Source: the human T2T-CHM13v2.0 reference genome, Homo sapiens
Direction: 5' to 3' (one strand)
Assembly: GCF_009914755.1 (NCBI RefSeq)
Contig: NC_060934.1
Length of the DNA: 64,000 nt
Below are positions 1 through 11,369 of the stretch, piece by piece. The notes under the pieces are model-generated. The model ran no database searches and was not told where the DNA came from. It was given only the letters and a program-made list of their open reading frames with translations. Every line of letters starts with the position of its first letter. Within the stretch, counting starts at the first letter, position 1. A program made the translations under genes and the position numbers.

Positions 1-534
1 AATCCCCCAAGCTTTGCTGTCATACCTGAGAACCCCAGCCATCCTTAACCCAGTTCCTGAAGAGACAGCACAGATTCTCCCTTGGAGAGGTTCAGGGAGA
101 AGGCCCAAAGGAAGGGATCGGTCCATGGTGCGGCTTACAGTGGCACCAGGCATATTTGGAGAGATTGACTCACGCAGAAAGGCTTCAATAAACAAGGAGA
201 GTCTGGAAGTGAAGAATGCGGCATTAGGAGTTGGACAGACCTTTTTTTCAATCCTGGATCTGCCACATGGCGGCTGTCATAACGCCGCTGAGCTTTATCT
301 GTAAAACGGGAACACTTCCACGGGCTGCCGTAAGGATGAATTGCAGGGGTAATTCATGGAACATGGTGATCACTTTTATTGAAAGTTATAGGACTCCATA
401 AAGCAGAACATAACACAGCCATCAGAAGAATATGGTGTTGGAAACAGTTATTGGCATGGAGAGGTGTTCAGATGCTGGGGATAAGATGGAAGGAGCCCAG
501 GAGTTAAATTTTTGAAAATTTTGAAAAAAGCTAC

Positions 535-670
535 CAGGGTTCTTAGCCTGGAGTCCTTGCCCATGAATGGCTTCATGTAGTTCATGAATGCCGAGAAATT
601 ATCTACAGAATTTAGTGAGAATGTTCATTTTTCTGGGGAAAAGGGTCAATGTCATCACATTTTCAAAGTG
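535..670. mobile_element. hAT-Charlie relic (MER103-like)
   Basis: cagggttcttagcctggagtcc...catttttctggggaaaagggtc...ttttcaaag; a related copy lies at ~29190-29310. Confidence 0.5.
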
Positions 671-747
671 ATGTAGTACATATAAAAGGTAAAAAACAAG
701 TGATGTTTATATAGCATGACTCAATTTTTGCACTAAAAAAAGTAACC

Positions 748-1018
748 AGCTGGGTGTGGTGGCTCACACTTCTAATCGTAGCACTTTGGGAGACTGAGGC
801 AGGAGGATCGCTTGAGCCTAGGAGTTGGAGACCAGACGGGCAACATGGCGAAATACCGTCTCTACCCCAAAAATACAAAAATTAGCTGGGCGCGGTGGTG
901 CATCCCAGCTACTTGGGAGGCTGAGGTGAGGATGGCTTGAGCCTGGGAGGCGGAGGTTGCTGTAAGCTGAGATATCTCCACTGCACTCCAGCCTGGGCCA
1001 CAGAGCAAGATCCTGTCT

Positions 1019-1049
<31 letters not shown>
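748..1049 (+). mobile_element. Alu (AluJ-like)
   Basis: Dimer with ggatcgcttgagcc and a long A tail. Confidence 0.92.
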
Positions 1050-1050
<1 letters not shown>

Positions 1051-1729
1051 CCAAACAAACAAAAAACCCAAAAATACAGCCTTTAAAAAGGCCAAAAGAT
1101 CATACATCCAAATATTAAAAATGCTTTTCTCTGGGTGGTGGGCTTATAGGCGATTGTTTTTTCTTTTTGCTGAACTGAATTTTCTACAAAATACCGTTTT
1201 ATATTTTGTATAACTTGTATGATTTAAAAAAGAACGATGAGTTTGATTCCCTGTTAAGCCACTTTCAAAAGGGTATCTTGGATAGATCTACTTCTCAGCC
1301 TGTGTCCTGACATGGCAATGGTAGCCTCAAAAGGTGATTGTTAAGGTTAGATGAGACAATGTACGCAAAGAGGGTGTCTGTGTGTTTGCTGGGGGGTGGT
1401 TGCTCCCTGGCTTTCCAGGATGTTAGGCCTTCGTCAGTGCACTCGACAGACGGTTACTGTTTGTCAACAGAATGCTTGGCGCTGTTCTAGCTGCTAGGGA
1501 TAAGACGGAAGGAGCCCAGGAGTTAAATTTTTGAAAATTTTAAATTATGAGGAATACACGTTTACTGTAGAAAATGAGGAAGTACACATATGCATATAGC
1601 AAGCACCTGTGAGCATTTGGAAGCATCCACATGGTTTCAGTTTCGGTGCTTCCCCCCACCTATTCCTCTGCTTAAACAGATGTCCTGCAAGAGTCGTTTC
1701 TTGACTGTGTTCGCTAATTTATGTCACAA

Positions 1730-2600
1730 GCATCGTGTGCGCCATTAGCCATCCGGGATTGTAACGGTGCGCGCGTAGGGACCGGACAGCGGGGCGCGCC
1801 GGGGCCGCCTCCCGAGAGCCCTGCGTGACACTGCCCCGTGTCTCCCGCGCAGATAGCGAGCTGGTGCTCCCGGACTGTCTGCGGCCGCGCTCCTTCACCG
1901 CCCTGCGGCGGCCGTCGCTGCGGCGCGAGGCGGACGACGCGCGCCTCTCGGTGAGCCTATGCGACCTCAACGTGCCGGGCGCGGACGGCGACGAGGCCGC
2001 GCCGGCCGCCGGCTGCCCCATCCCGCAGAACTCACTCAACTCGCAGCACAGCCGCGCGCTGCCGGCGCAGCTCGACGGCGACCTGCGTTTCCACGCCCTG
2101 CGCGCCGGCGCGCACGTCCGCATCCTCGACGAGCAGACGGTGGCGCGCGTGGAGCACGGGCGCGACGAGCGCGCGCTCGTCTTCACCAGCCGGCCCGTGC
2201 GCGTGGCCGAGACCATCTTCGTCAAGGTCACGCGCTCGGGTGGCGCGCGGCCCGGCGCGCTGTCGTTCGGCGTCACCACGTGCGACCCCGGCACGCTGCG
2301 GCCGGCCGACCTGCCCTTCAGCCCTGAGGCCCTGGTGGACCGCAAGGAATTCTGGGCCGTGTGCCGCGTGCCCGGGCCCCTGCACAGCGGCGACATCCTG
2401 GGCCTGGTGGTCAACGCCGACGGCGAGCTGCACCTCAGCCACAATGGCGCGGCCGCCGGCATGCAGCTGTGCGTGGACGCCTCGCAGCCGCTTTGGATGC
2501 TCTTCGGCCTGCACGGGACCATCACGCAGATCCGCATCCTCGGTGAGTGCCCGCAGCTGCGCCTGGGCGTATGCCTTTCCTGGAGGCGGGGACGATCCGG
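1730..2600. promoter_or_regulatory. Intragenic CpG island over the NEURL1 NHR2 exon
   Basis: Very high GC and dense CpG (cgcgcg, gccggccgccggc), starting ~120 nt upstream of the acceptor; flanks are CpG-poor. Confidence 0.9.
1853..2542 (+). CDS. NEURL1: NEURL1 internal coding exon (690 nt, phase 1/1), second neuralized homology repeat (NHR2)
   Basis: cgcag|ATAGCGAG acceptor and CTCG|gtgagt donor. Translation [15 protein letters not shown]...[15 protein letters not shown]...[18 protein letters not shown]...[18 protein letters not shown] is an NHR domain. Confidence 0.96.
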
Positions 2601-2869
2601 GTAGGAGACAAAGGGCGAGCTCCCCTTCCTCCAGGCTCATGATGGTGTTGCTAAGGAATCACAGACACCTAAGGTGAGTTCTGGGCGGGACTTGGTCATC
2701 TTGTCAGTGGCCCTTATATGTCACCTGGGAGACTCACCTGGGGGGTGAGGCGAGGGAAAGAGCGGATTATTGAGTTTGATGCCCAGAATCAGATCAACCC
2801 ATAGTCTCACAGATACATAAACAGTCCAGAAGCACACAACCCACTGACCACTCAAAAATGAGAGGAAAA

Positions 2870-3167
2870 GGCCAGGTGCGGTGGCTCACGCCTGTAATCT
2901 CAGCATTTTGGGAGGCCGAGGCGGGCGAATCATGAGGTCAGGAGATCAAGACCATCCTGGCTAACACGGTGAAACCCCGTCTCTACTAAAAATACAAACA
3001 ATTAGCGGGGCATGGTGGTGGGCGCCTGTAGTCCCAGCTACTCGGGAGGCTGAGGCAGGAGAATGGCTGAGCCCAGGAGGCGGAGCTTGCAGTGAGCCAA
3101 GATCGTGCCACTGCACTCCAGCCTGGGCGACAGAGTGAGACTCCGTCTCAAAAAAAAAAAAAAAAAA
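2870..3167 (+). mobile_element. AluY-like
   Basis: accatcctggctaacacggtg and gcggagcttgcag diagnostics; A tail. Confidence 0.92.
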
Positions 3168-3669
3168 GGTTTCCCCCAGCAGTTAACTTTTTGAGTCTCG
3201 GTTACCATTTCTCCAAAATGGAAATAAAGGTCCTCACCTTTAAGGAAGTTTGTGAGTCCAAATGAGAAAAAAAGGTTGGAATGTCAGTAGTCAGGTGGTG
3301 CAGGGTGGTGTCTGGTTGGGGGACTCGGGGGAATCCCTGAGCAGGCAGCCTTGGGGGAAGTGGGGCTGCAGAGTTCTGGGCCTGCCTTTTCTCGGGGGCA
3401 CAGGGTTTGAAAGGACTGGGGGGATGTGCATTGAGTTAAGAAAAGAAGGGAGGAAGATTCTTTATTGGAAGACTTCTCAGAGCCTTTAATATGCACTTTG
3501 ATTAAGGAGACGGTGATGGTGGTTTTGGTGTAGAGTTTTTCCTTACTAATTTGACCGGAAATCTTTTCACAAAGTGTCTCCTGGTACCTTTGTACCCCAG
3601 AGTGAGCAGGTATTCATGCTTTCCAAGTGCCGGTCTTTGAACCAGCTCTGTGAGACTGAGCTGGTTTCG

Positions 3670-3813
3670 TTAGATTTACCTGGAGGACCTATTAAAGTGC
3701 AGATTCTTGGACCCCCCCTCCAGAGATTTTAATTCGGTAGACCTTGGACAGGTTCTGGACATCTGAATTGTTTTTCTTTAGTAAGTATGCTTACCCAAGT
3801 TTGGAGACCCCTG
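3670..3813. mobile_element. MER5-like hAT-Charlie relic
   Basis: ttagatttacctggagg...aaagtgcagattcttggaccc...ccagaga...caagtttggagacccctg. Confidence 0.6.
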
Positions 3814-4082
3814 GGCCTCACAGCCCCTAGCCTAGACCTCAGCCCAGGAGGCTTGATAGATAAGATAATGTGTGTAGATGAGTGAGCATGAGGTAGTTAC
3901 TCTATGAGATTGGCGTACTGTGTATAGGCACATGTGAGTAACTGAATACACATATGTTAATGCATGTAATGCTGTTGGCTTGTGAGAGCATGAGAAATCA
4001 TATAAAAAACATTGGGGACTTCCACCTCTGCAAAGAGACCAAATGAAGATGGAGTGAAACATAAATAAAAAGGAAATGAAAA

Positions 4083-4406
<324 letters not shown>

Positions 4407-4899
4407 ATCAAGCAAGCAGGCAAGATGAATCAGGCTTGGGTGAGAATTCAAGATGGAATAAAAAGAAATTAGGCTGGGATGCAAAAAAATAAAAAATAAA
4501 AAATAGTCAAGCTGATTTCATTGACCAGGATATACTACTCCTCAGGGCAAGGAAATTACATAAGAGTAAGGTACTTTCTTCCCTCAGCACCATCTAATAA
4601 TAGCTAAGCAGCTTTCCAGTAAGGCTTCTGTTGCCCAAAGAGGTTTACTAGACTGGAGCAAAGGGGAGGCTTAAAAAAATCCAGATTTCTCTCTCCCAAG
4701 AGGAGGATAGGCCAAGGTGGGTGTTGAAGAAGAACCACCCAGAATTCAATATACATTCAACAAAGTGCTCCTGATCTGTTTGGAAAATTGGGCATCACAA
4801 CCAGCAAATTGGTGTTTGAAGATCCTGACTGACTTCAAAAGAATAACTAACCAGTGGCAATGTATGAAGGGTCATTATTAACCTTATAGAGGAATGCTT

Positions 4900-5240
4900 G
4901 GCTTTGTGGCTAGCCTAAGTATACTAAAAATAGAAGGTTATTTCCTTCACTCATGTGTATCACAAAACATACAGCCAGTTCCATACTTATTGGTGAAACA
5001 TCAGAAATATTCTCATGAAAGTCAGGAATATAATAGAGATGGCTTACAGATGTTGTTCTGAAAATTCTGGCCAATGCAACAAGGCAAGAAAAGTAAATAG
5101 GAGTTGTGAATTCCTGAAAGAAGGAGATGATAATTAACTTGGAAAAATATTAACACAGTAAGAGAAACCCTGTGGGCATCTATTGAATATTCTTAGAAAT
5201 AATAACACAACTAAATGAATTAGAATAACTACAGATAAAA
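4900..5240 (+). mobile_element. Old L1M ORF2 relic
   Basis: aaagtcaggaata...gaaaattctggccaatgcaacaaggcaagaaaag...aaataaga-like motifs. Confidence 0.55.
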
Positions 5241-5338
5241 AAGATCTCATTGGGCACTTAGGTGTGTGCAGGGCATTATGTTAGGATTTGTAGGAGAGTC
5301 ACAGGTGAATACTATTTCCTGTTCTAAGAAAGCTCATG

Positions 5339-5780
<442 letters not shown>

Positions 5781-5981
5781 TCAGGGCGGCCCAGAGGAAG
5801 GAGTTTGAGGACAGCTGTCAGAGGCTCCCTGGACAGCCAGCTCTTTGAAGTCAGGGGCTGTCTCTAGCTTTCTGTCTGCACGGGGCCTGATGCCTGGTAG
5901 GTCCTTGGTAAGGATTTGTTGAAGGGAGGAGAGAAGGAAGGAGGGAAAGAGGGAGGCGAGGATTGTTAAAAAGGAGAGGAA

Positions 5982-6537
<556 letters not shown>

Positions 6538-6828
6538 CTAGTTTGGAGCTGCTGTTTTAACAAGAAGAAAGCAGGATATGACCCTCCAGTTCATAGGTGA
6601 GAACAGAGGCCAGGCTGGGTGCTGTCTGGGGTCAAAGTCTTTAGCTGATTAGCTATACTCCACGGCGGTAATATCAAATGATCCCCGCGCCAGCCTGCAA
6701 AATCCCGCTCTTGGCCCTGTGGCTGGGCTGTGTGGTCAGGCCTGGGAACCCACTGTGAGGGACAGAGCTTTCTCCAGTTTGGCCTGGGCAGGCAGCTAGT
6801 GTGTCCTTCCCTCCCTCCCCTTTCACAG

Positions 6829-6975
6829 GCTCCACTATCCTGGCCGAGCGGGGTATCCCATCACTCCCCTGCTCCCCTGCCTCCACGCCAACCTCGCCCA
6901 GTGCCCTGGGCAGCCGCCTGTCTGACCCCTTGCTCAGCACGTGCAGCTCTGGCCCTCTGGGTAGCTCTGCTGGTG
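6829..6975 (+). CDS. NEURL1: NEURL1 penultimate coding exon (147 nt), Ser/Pro-rich linker
   Basis: ccctcccctttcacag|GC acceptor and GGTG|gtaagt donor. [25 protein letters not shown]...SSAG is in frame with both neighbouring exons. Confidence 0.95.
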
Positions 6976-7448
6976 GTAAGTAGGCTGGCTCCTCTGTTCC
7001 TTGGTGACCATGTGGGACTGCAGCAAGGATGCAGCCTTTGTGTCCGGGGCTGGGAGTGGAGAGGAGCTGGAGTTGGGCTCAGTAAACCCTTGTTGGGGGG
7101 TGATTTCTGGGGTCATCCCCTCCTGTCCCCTAGCTGGGCAGTGCCAAAGGGTAGCTCAGGAGGGACCTACCTTAAAAGATTCTGGACCCTTTCCTTCCTC
7201 CATCTTGCCTTCTTTTCTCTCACTGCCTCCTAGCCACTCTGTCCCCTCATCTGGGGTTGGAGTGGGTCAGAAGTGGGGCTGCTCAGAGCTCAGCCTCTTC
7301 CCTTGTGCCCTGGAAGTTGGGTTGTCAGGGTGAACAGGCAGATCCTGATAAATGGAGGGGGACACAAGAGGCCGGGGAGCTCTCTTCCCGTGAATCCAGC
7401 GCCGGGTTGGGCCATGTCTCCTCCTGACTGGTGCCCCCTTGTCCTCAG

Positions 7449-7687
7449 GGACAGCCCCCAATTCGCCAGTGAGCCTGCCCGAGTCGCCAGTGACCCCAGG
7501 TCTGGGCCAGTGGAGCGATGAGTGCACCATTTGCTATGAACACGCGGTGGACACGGTCATCTACACATGTGGCCACATGTGCCTCTGCTACGCCTGTGGC
7601 CTGCGCCTCAAGAAGGCTCTGCACGCCTGCTGCCCCATCTGCCGCCGCCCCATCAAGGACATCATCAAGACCTACCGCAGCTCCTAG
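7449..7687 (+). CDS. NEURL1: NEURL1 terminal coding exon, C3HC4 RING E3-ligase domain
   Basis: gtcctcag|GG acceptor. [55 protein letters not shown], stop TAG at 7685-7687. Confidence 0.97.
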
Positions 7688-9865
7688 CCCGTTGCGGTGG
7701 CCCATCCCGCATACCCATCTTCTCGGGCTTCAGCCCAGTCCCAGCTGAGGAACAAGCCAGTGGGGCCCCTTCTCTTCCTCATTTTGGAAACTTTTCCTCC
7801 TCTATTAAACATGGGAAACTGAAGCCCTTGAAGGTTTGGGGAGAGGGGGGTATCAGGCAGGGAGGGGGCAGAGGCAAATCACCGGGCAGAGGGAGGGGAG
7901 GAGAGGAGGCCGCACTCTCCCTGTCTCTCCCGTCTCTGCACCCAGCTCCTCTCTGCATGCTGAGGGCTAAATTGGGATCTCAGCCTGCCCTAATCTTTCC
8001 CCATCTGAGGCAGGTTTCTAGGAGGTGTCTGTAGTCCATGTGGCACCTTTGTGAGAATTAGAAAACATGTACCTTCCTCTGGGCAGCTGCAGCCCTGAGC
8101 CAGGACATGTGGCCTGGCTAGTGCAGCATGGAGTGGATTTTAGGCTCATTTGCCCTCTCAGCCAACTGCCCTTGAGCAGTGTACAGCCTGCTCAACAACC
8201 GCCCTGGGCAGGCCGCTCCTGAGCTGCTGTCTCCCTCTCTGACCTATGCCTACCTTCTCTTTCTTCGTTCCCTGCCCACTGGGCATGGCAGCTGGGGGTG
8301 AGAGGCTGGTGGTTGCCTCCCGTCCTGGGCAGGCTGCAGCCTCATGCCATGTCTCTCTCCCACTACCTGATGGGCACATGGACAGGCTGCAGAGGGCTCC
8401 AGGTTCTGGGCCCCTGGCTGAGAAGGGGAGGATCCTGTCCTGGCTGTAGCCTTCCTGCCCCAATCATCTCGCTGGATGCCATTGCCCAGGGGTAGCCCTT
8501 CGGTATGGGCTGGGGAGAAGGGTTGGTCTTCTGCCAGGGTCCCTAAGAACAGGTTTGCAGCTACCCTCTCTGACCTTTTCCCCATATCTTGTGCTGTCCA
8601 GGGCCTAGGCTGATAGTCAGAGCCTGTGGCACACCTGGGATGGGCCAGGGCCCTGGGTGGGGAGGTGTGGGTTCCCTGGGCCAAGACCAGCCTTTTTCCT
8701 CAGTTTAATTAATTTATTTATTTGGTTTGTGGTTTTGGGTTTTTTTTGTTTGTTTGTTTGTAGGTGAGTTCCCATCCTCTGGGCCCCTAGAAATGCTGCC
8801 TTTGTGTGTGGGGTACCTGGGAAAGGGTGTGGCTGAGGCAGTCATAATGCAGTATCTTCCCCTGACTCCAGCCACAAAGCTCATACCCAGCCCTACCAAT
8901 CATGAATTGGAACTCCATAAGGAGGGGCCAAATTGGGAGACCTTTTGGCAAACAGTGTCTATTTTACAGAGAGGCAAACCAAGCCTCCTTAGTGCCCTGG
9001 GGCTGATGGTCACCCAGAGCCATAGAGCACCCTTCCTCCTGGGCCAGAGCTGGGTTATCATGGTTGGCTTAGGTACCTCAGGTGGCCCAGGAGGTCCCCC
9101 CTCCATAAGGACGTCAAACTTCCAGGAGGGCCAGTGTTCCTAGTGTGGGCCAGGAACAGGACAGGGAGACCTTGTGATGGCGGGGCAGGGAGCCTGTTCG
9201 TAGGGAAGATGAGGAGGCAAGGGCTGCCTCTCACACCTCCAGGTTCTCTAAGTTCTGGGGAGGGAGCGCCCCACCTGCTGAGGTCGGTCCTCTCAGCCCT
9301 GCCTGCCCTGGCCTGGGCTCTCCCAGCCTCCCAGCCCTCTGCCCCCTCAGATGGCTTTTTGTTTTTGTTTTTTTTTGCATCCATCAGAGACTGCACCTCT
9401 GTGTGGCAGGCAGGGCATGGGTTTTAGTCCTGGCCACTGACCAGCTGTGTGGCCCTGGCCGAGTCGTAGCCCCCTGGAGCCCAGCTTCCATTTCTATAAA
9501 ATGGTTGTTTCGGGAGAGAGGGGCAGGCTTTCTGTGTGACTCGGGAGTTCTTCCGTGAGGGCTGCCAGGGGGTGGTGTGCCAGGACCTCAGGCTGGGCCT
9601 TTGTGCTGGCCTTGCAGTGGGTGTGTGGGGAAGTCACTGTCCCACTATGGGTCTCCACTACCCAGTCACTGACCCTGGGAGACCCCTTCTGTGTGGGAGG
9701 GAGCGGGGGCTGGCTAGCGGGCCCCCCAGCCAGGGATCCCAGAGGCTGAGGGTTGGGGAGAGGAAGCCATCATCTCATTACCTCTGTCAGTGCAGGGGTG
9801 GCTGCTGCTTCCCTTGTGCACTTGGGTCGCTGTGATTGTGAATAAAAGTGATTTCGTACCAGCCT
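7688..9865 (+). other. NEURL1: NEURL1 3'UTR (~2.2 kb; end approximate)
   Basis: Runs from the stop codon to ~20 nt after AATAAA at 9841; no interspersed repeat recognised. Confidence 0.8.
9841..9846 (+). terminator. NEURL1 polyadenylation signal AATAAA
   Basis: First AATAAA seen after the stop codon; GT-rich sequence follows (gcggtgctgtg, gtgtgcgtg). Confidence 0.85.
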
Positions 9866-10905
9866 GAGGGCGGTGCTGTGCGCAGAGCACTGGGGAAGGA
9901 GGGCCAGCGTGTGCGTGCACATGTGGGGGCAGGCTGGGGTGTGGAGGCCTGGTGTCCTGGATACTAGGGGAGTCATCAGGAGCTGTGGCCCTTCCCTGAG
10001 GGGTAATTGCAGGCCTCTGAGGCTTCAAGGTGGGCTGGGGCAATCAGGGAAGACTCCCTGGAGTCGGGGGCTGGAGCGTGACTTGGGTCTAGAATGCCAG
10101 GTGAGCCTTGCAAATTGGGAGAGGCTACTGCATCTGTGAGGAGCAGGGTGTGGTGGGGAAGGTGCCCTGGGATGGGGCTTCTCCTTAAGGCTGAGCAGGG
10201 CTCAAATCTGCCGCTTGTAGGGGGGTGCGCAGTGCCACCTAGGGGGCTAATGGGAGGATGACAAGTGGTCAACTCAGGTCATCAGGGGCTGTGCTCTGAG
10301 CTCCCCAGGAACAAGGCTTCCACCCCTCTCCCCAGGCTCAGACCCCCACATCTGGAGGGAGTTCAGCTGTGTTCCCACTGGTGGGTGCAGAGGCCTATAC
10401 CAAATGGGTGGTGCCACTGAGGAGAAAAGGGAAGCCTCTGGATAGAGTCCTTTAGAGAAGTGTTCTAGATGCGCTAAGTGATCCGAGTGGTGGGGAAGGC
10501 TGAGGGGAGAGGGGTGGTGGGGAGGAGGCAGCCAGACTGGCCCCAAGGTCTAGGCACAGTGTTGGAATTGAGCTCATTTGGCAGCACCAGGCCTCAGAGG
10601 CACGTGGGATACCTGCCTGCCCATCCTGTTCCAGGGAGGATGCTCAGGCTACCCAGCCTCTGCATGGCCTTGCACAGCCATGGCCTGTTCCTTGCATCAG
10701 GGTTACCTGGTCCTGCTTACTGGGGTCCAGCAAAAGCAGGAGAGGGTCGGGGGGCCATGCTAAGGAGCCAGCTAGGCCTGCTGGATGTGGGTCCTTGGCC
10801 CCAAGATCTGCATCTTTCAAAGCCTTGGCCACTGCCCAGAAAGCCTCCCAAAAGTGGGGAAGAGGCTGGAGGAGCTTGACCACAGCTCTCACCAAGAGTG
10901 AGAGC

Positions 10906-11186
10906 TGGCTCATGTCTGTAATCCCAGACTTTGGGAGGCTGAGGCAGGAGGATTGCTTGAGCCCAGGAGCTTGAGACCAGCCTTGGCAACATAGCAAGAA
11001 CCTGTCTCTACAAATAATAGAAAAATCATCTGGGCATGGTGGTGCGCCTGTAGTCCCAACTACTCAGGAGGCTGAGGTGGGAGGATCGCTTGAGTAAGGG
11101 AGGTCGAGGTTGCAGTGACCTATGATCATGCTACTGCACTCCAGCCTGGGTGACAGGGTGAGACCCTGTTAAAAAAAAAAAAAAAA
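10906..11186 (+). mobile_element. AluJ-like in the gap between the two 3' ends
   Basis: Slightly 5'-truncated dimer with A tail; gagagct on both flanks. Confidence 0.9.
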
Positions 11187-11363
11187 GCGAGAGCTTACCT
11201 ACCTGCCCCCACCCTCCAGTGTCCTTTCTTTCAGAGGGCCCTGGGATCCTGAAGTCCACTTTGCAATTTGGGATAATGGGACATTGGCTGTTCAGCTGGA
11301 TGGGTGTTTTTGGTGACAGGGAGAATTAAGAGGTGATTCCGTTCGGTTAAAAAGGCCCAAAAC

Positions 11364-11369
11364 TTTATT
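11364..11369 (-). terminator. SH3PXD2A distal polyadenylation signal AATAAA
   Basis: tttatt on +. U-rich upstream elements on the - strand (revcomp of acataaaatacaaaacaaaa); marks the end of the Alu-free UTR. Confidence 0.82.

Larger units (their letters stand above)
473..1541 (+). repeat. Dispersed 50-bp direct repeat (473-522 and 1492-1541)
   Basis: 48 of 50 bases identical, offset 1019. Confidence 0.92.

Noticed and set aside
1719-2677. Long overlapping ORFs (272 and 202 aa antisense; 122 and 145 aa alternative frames) over the NEURL1 exon
   Set aside because: Expected from stop-codon scarcity in extremely GC-rich coding DNA; low-complexity R/A/P composition and no domain.
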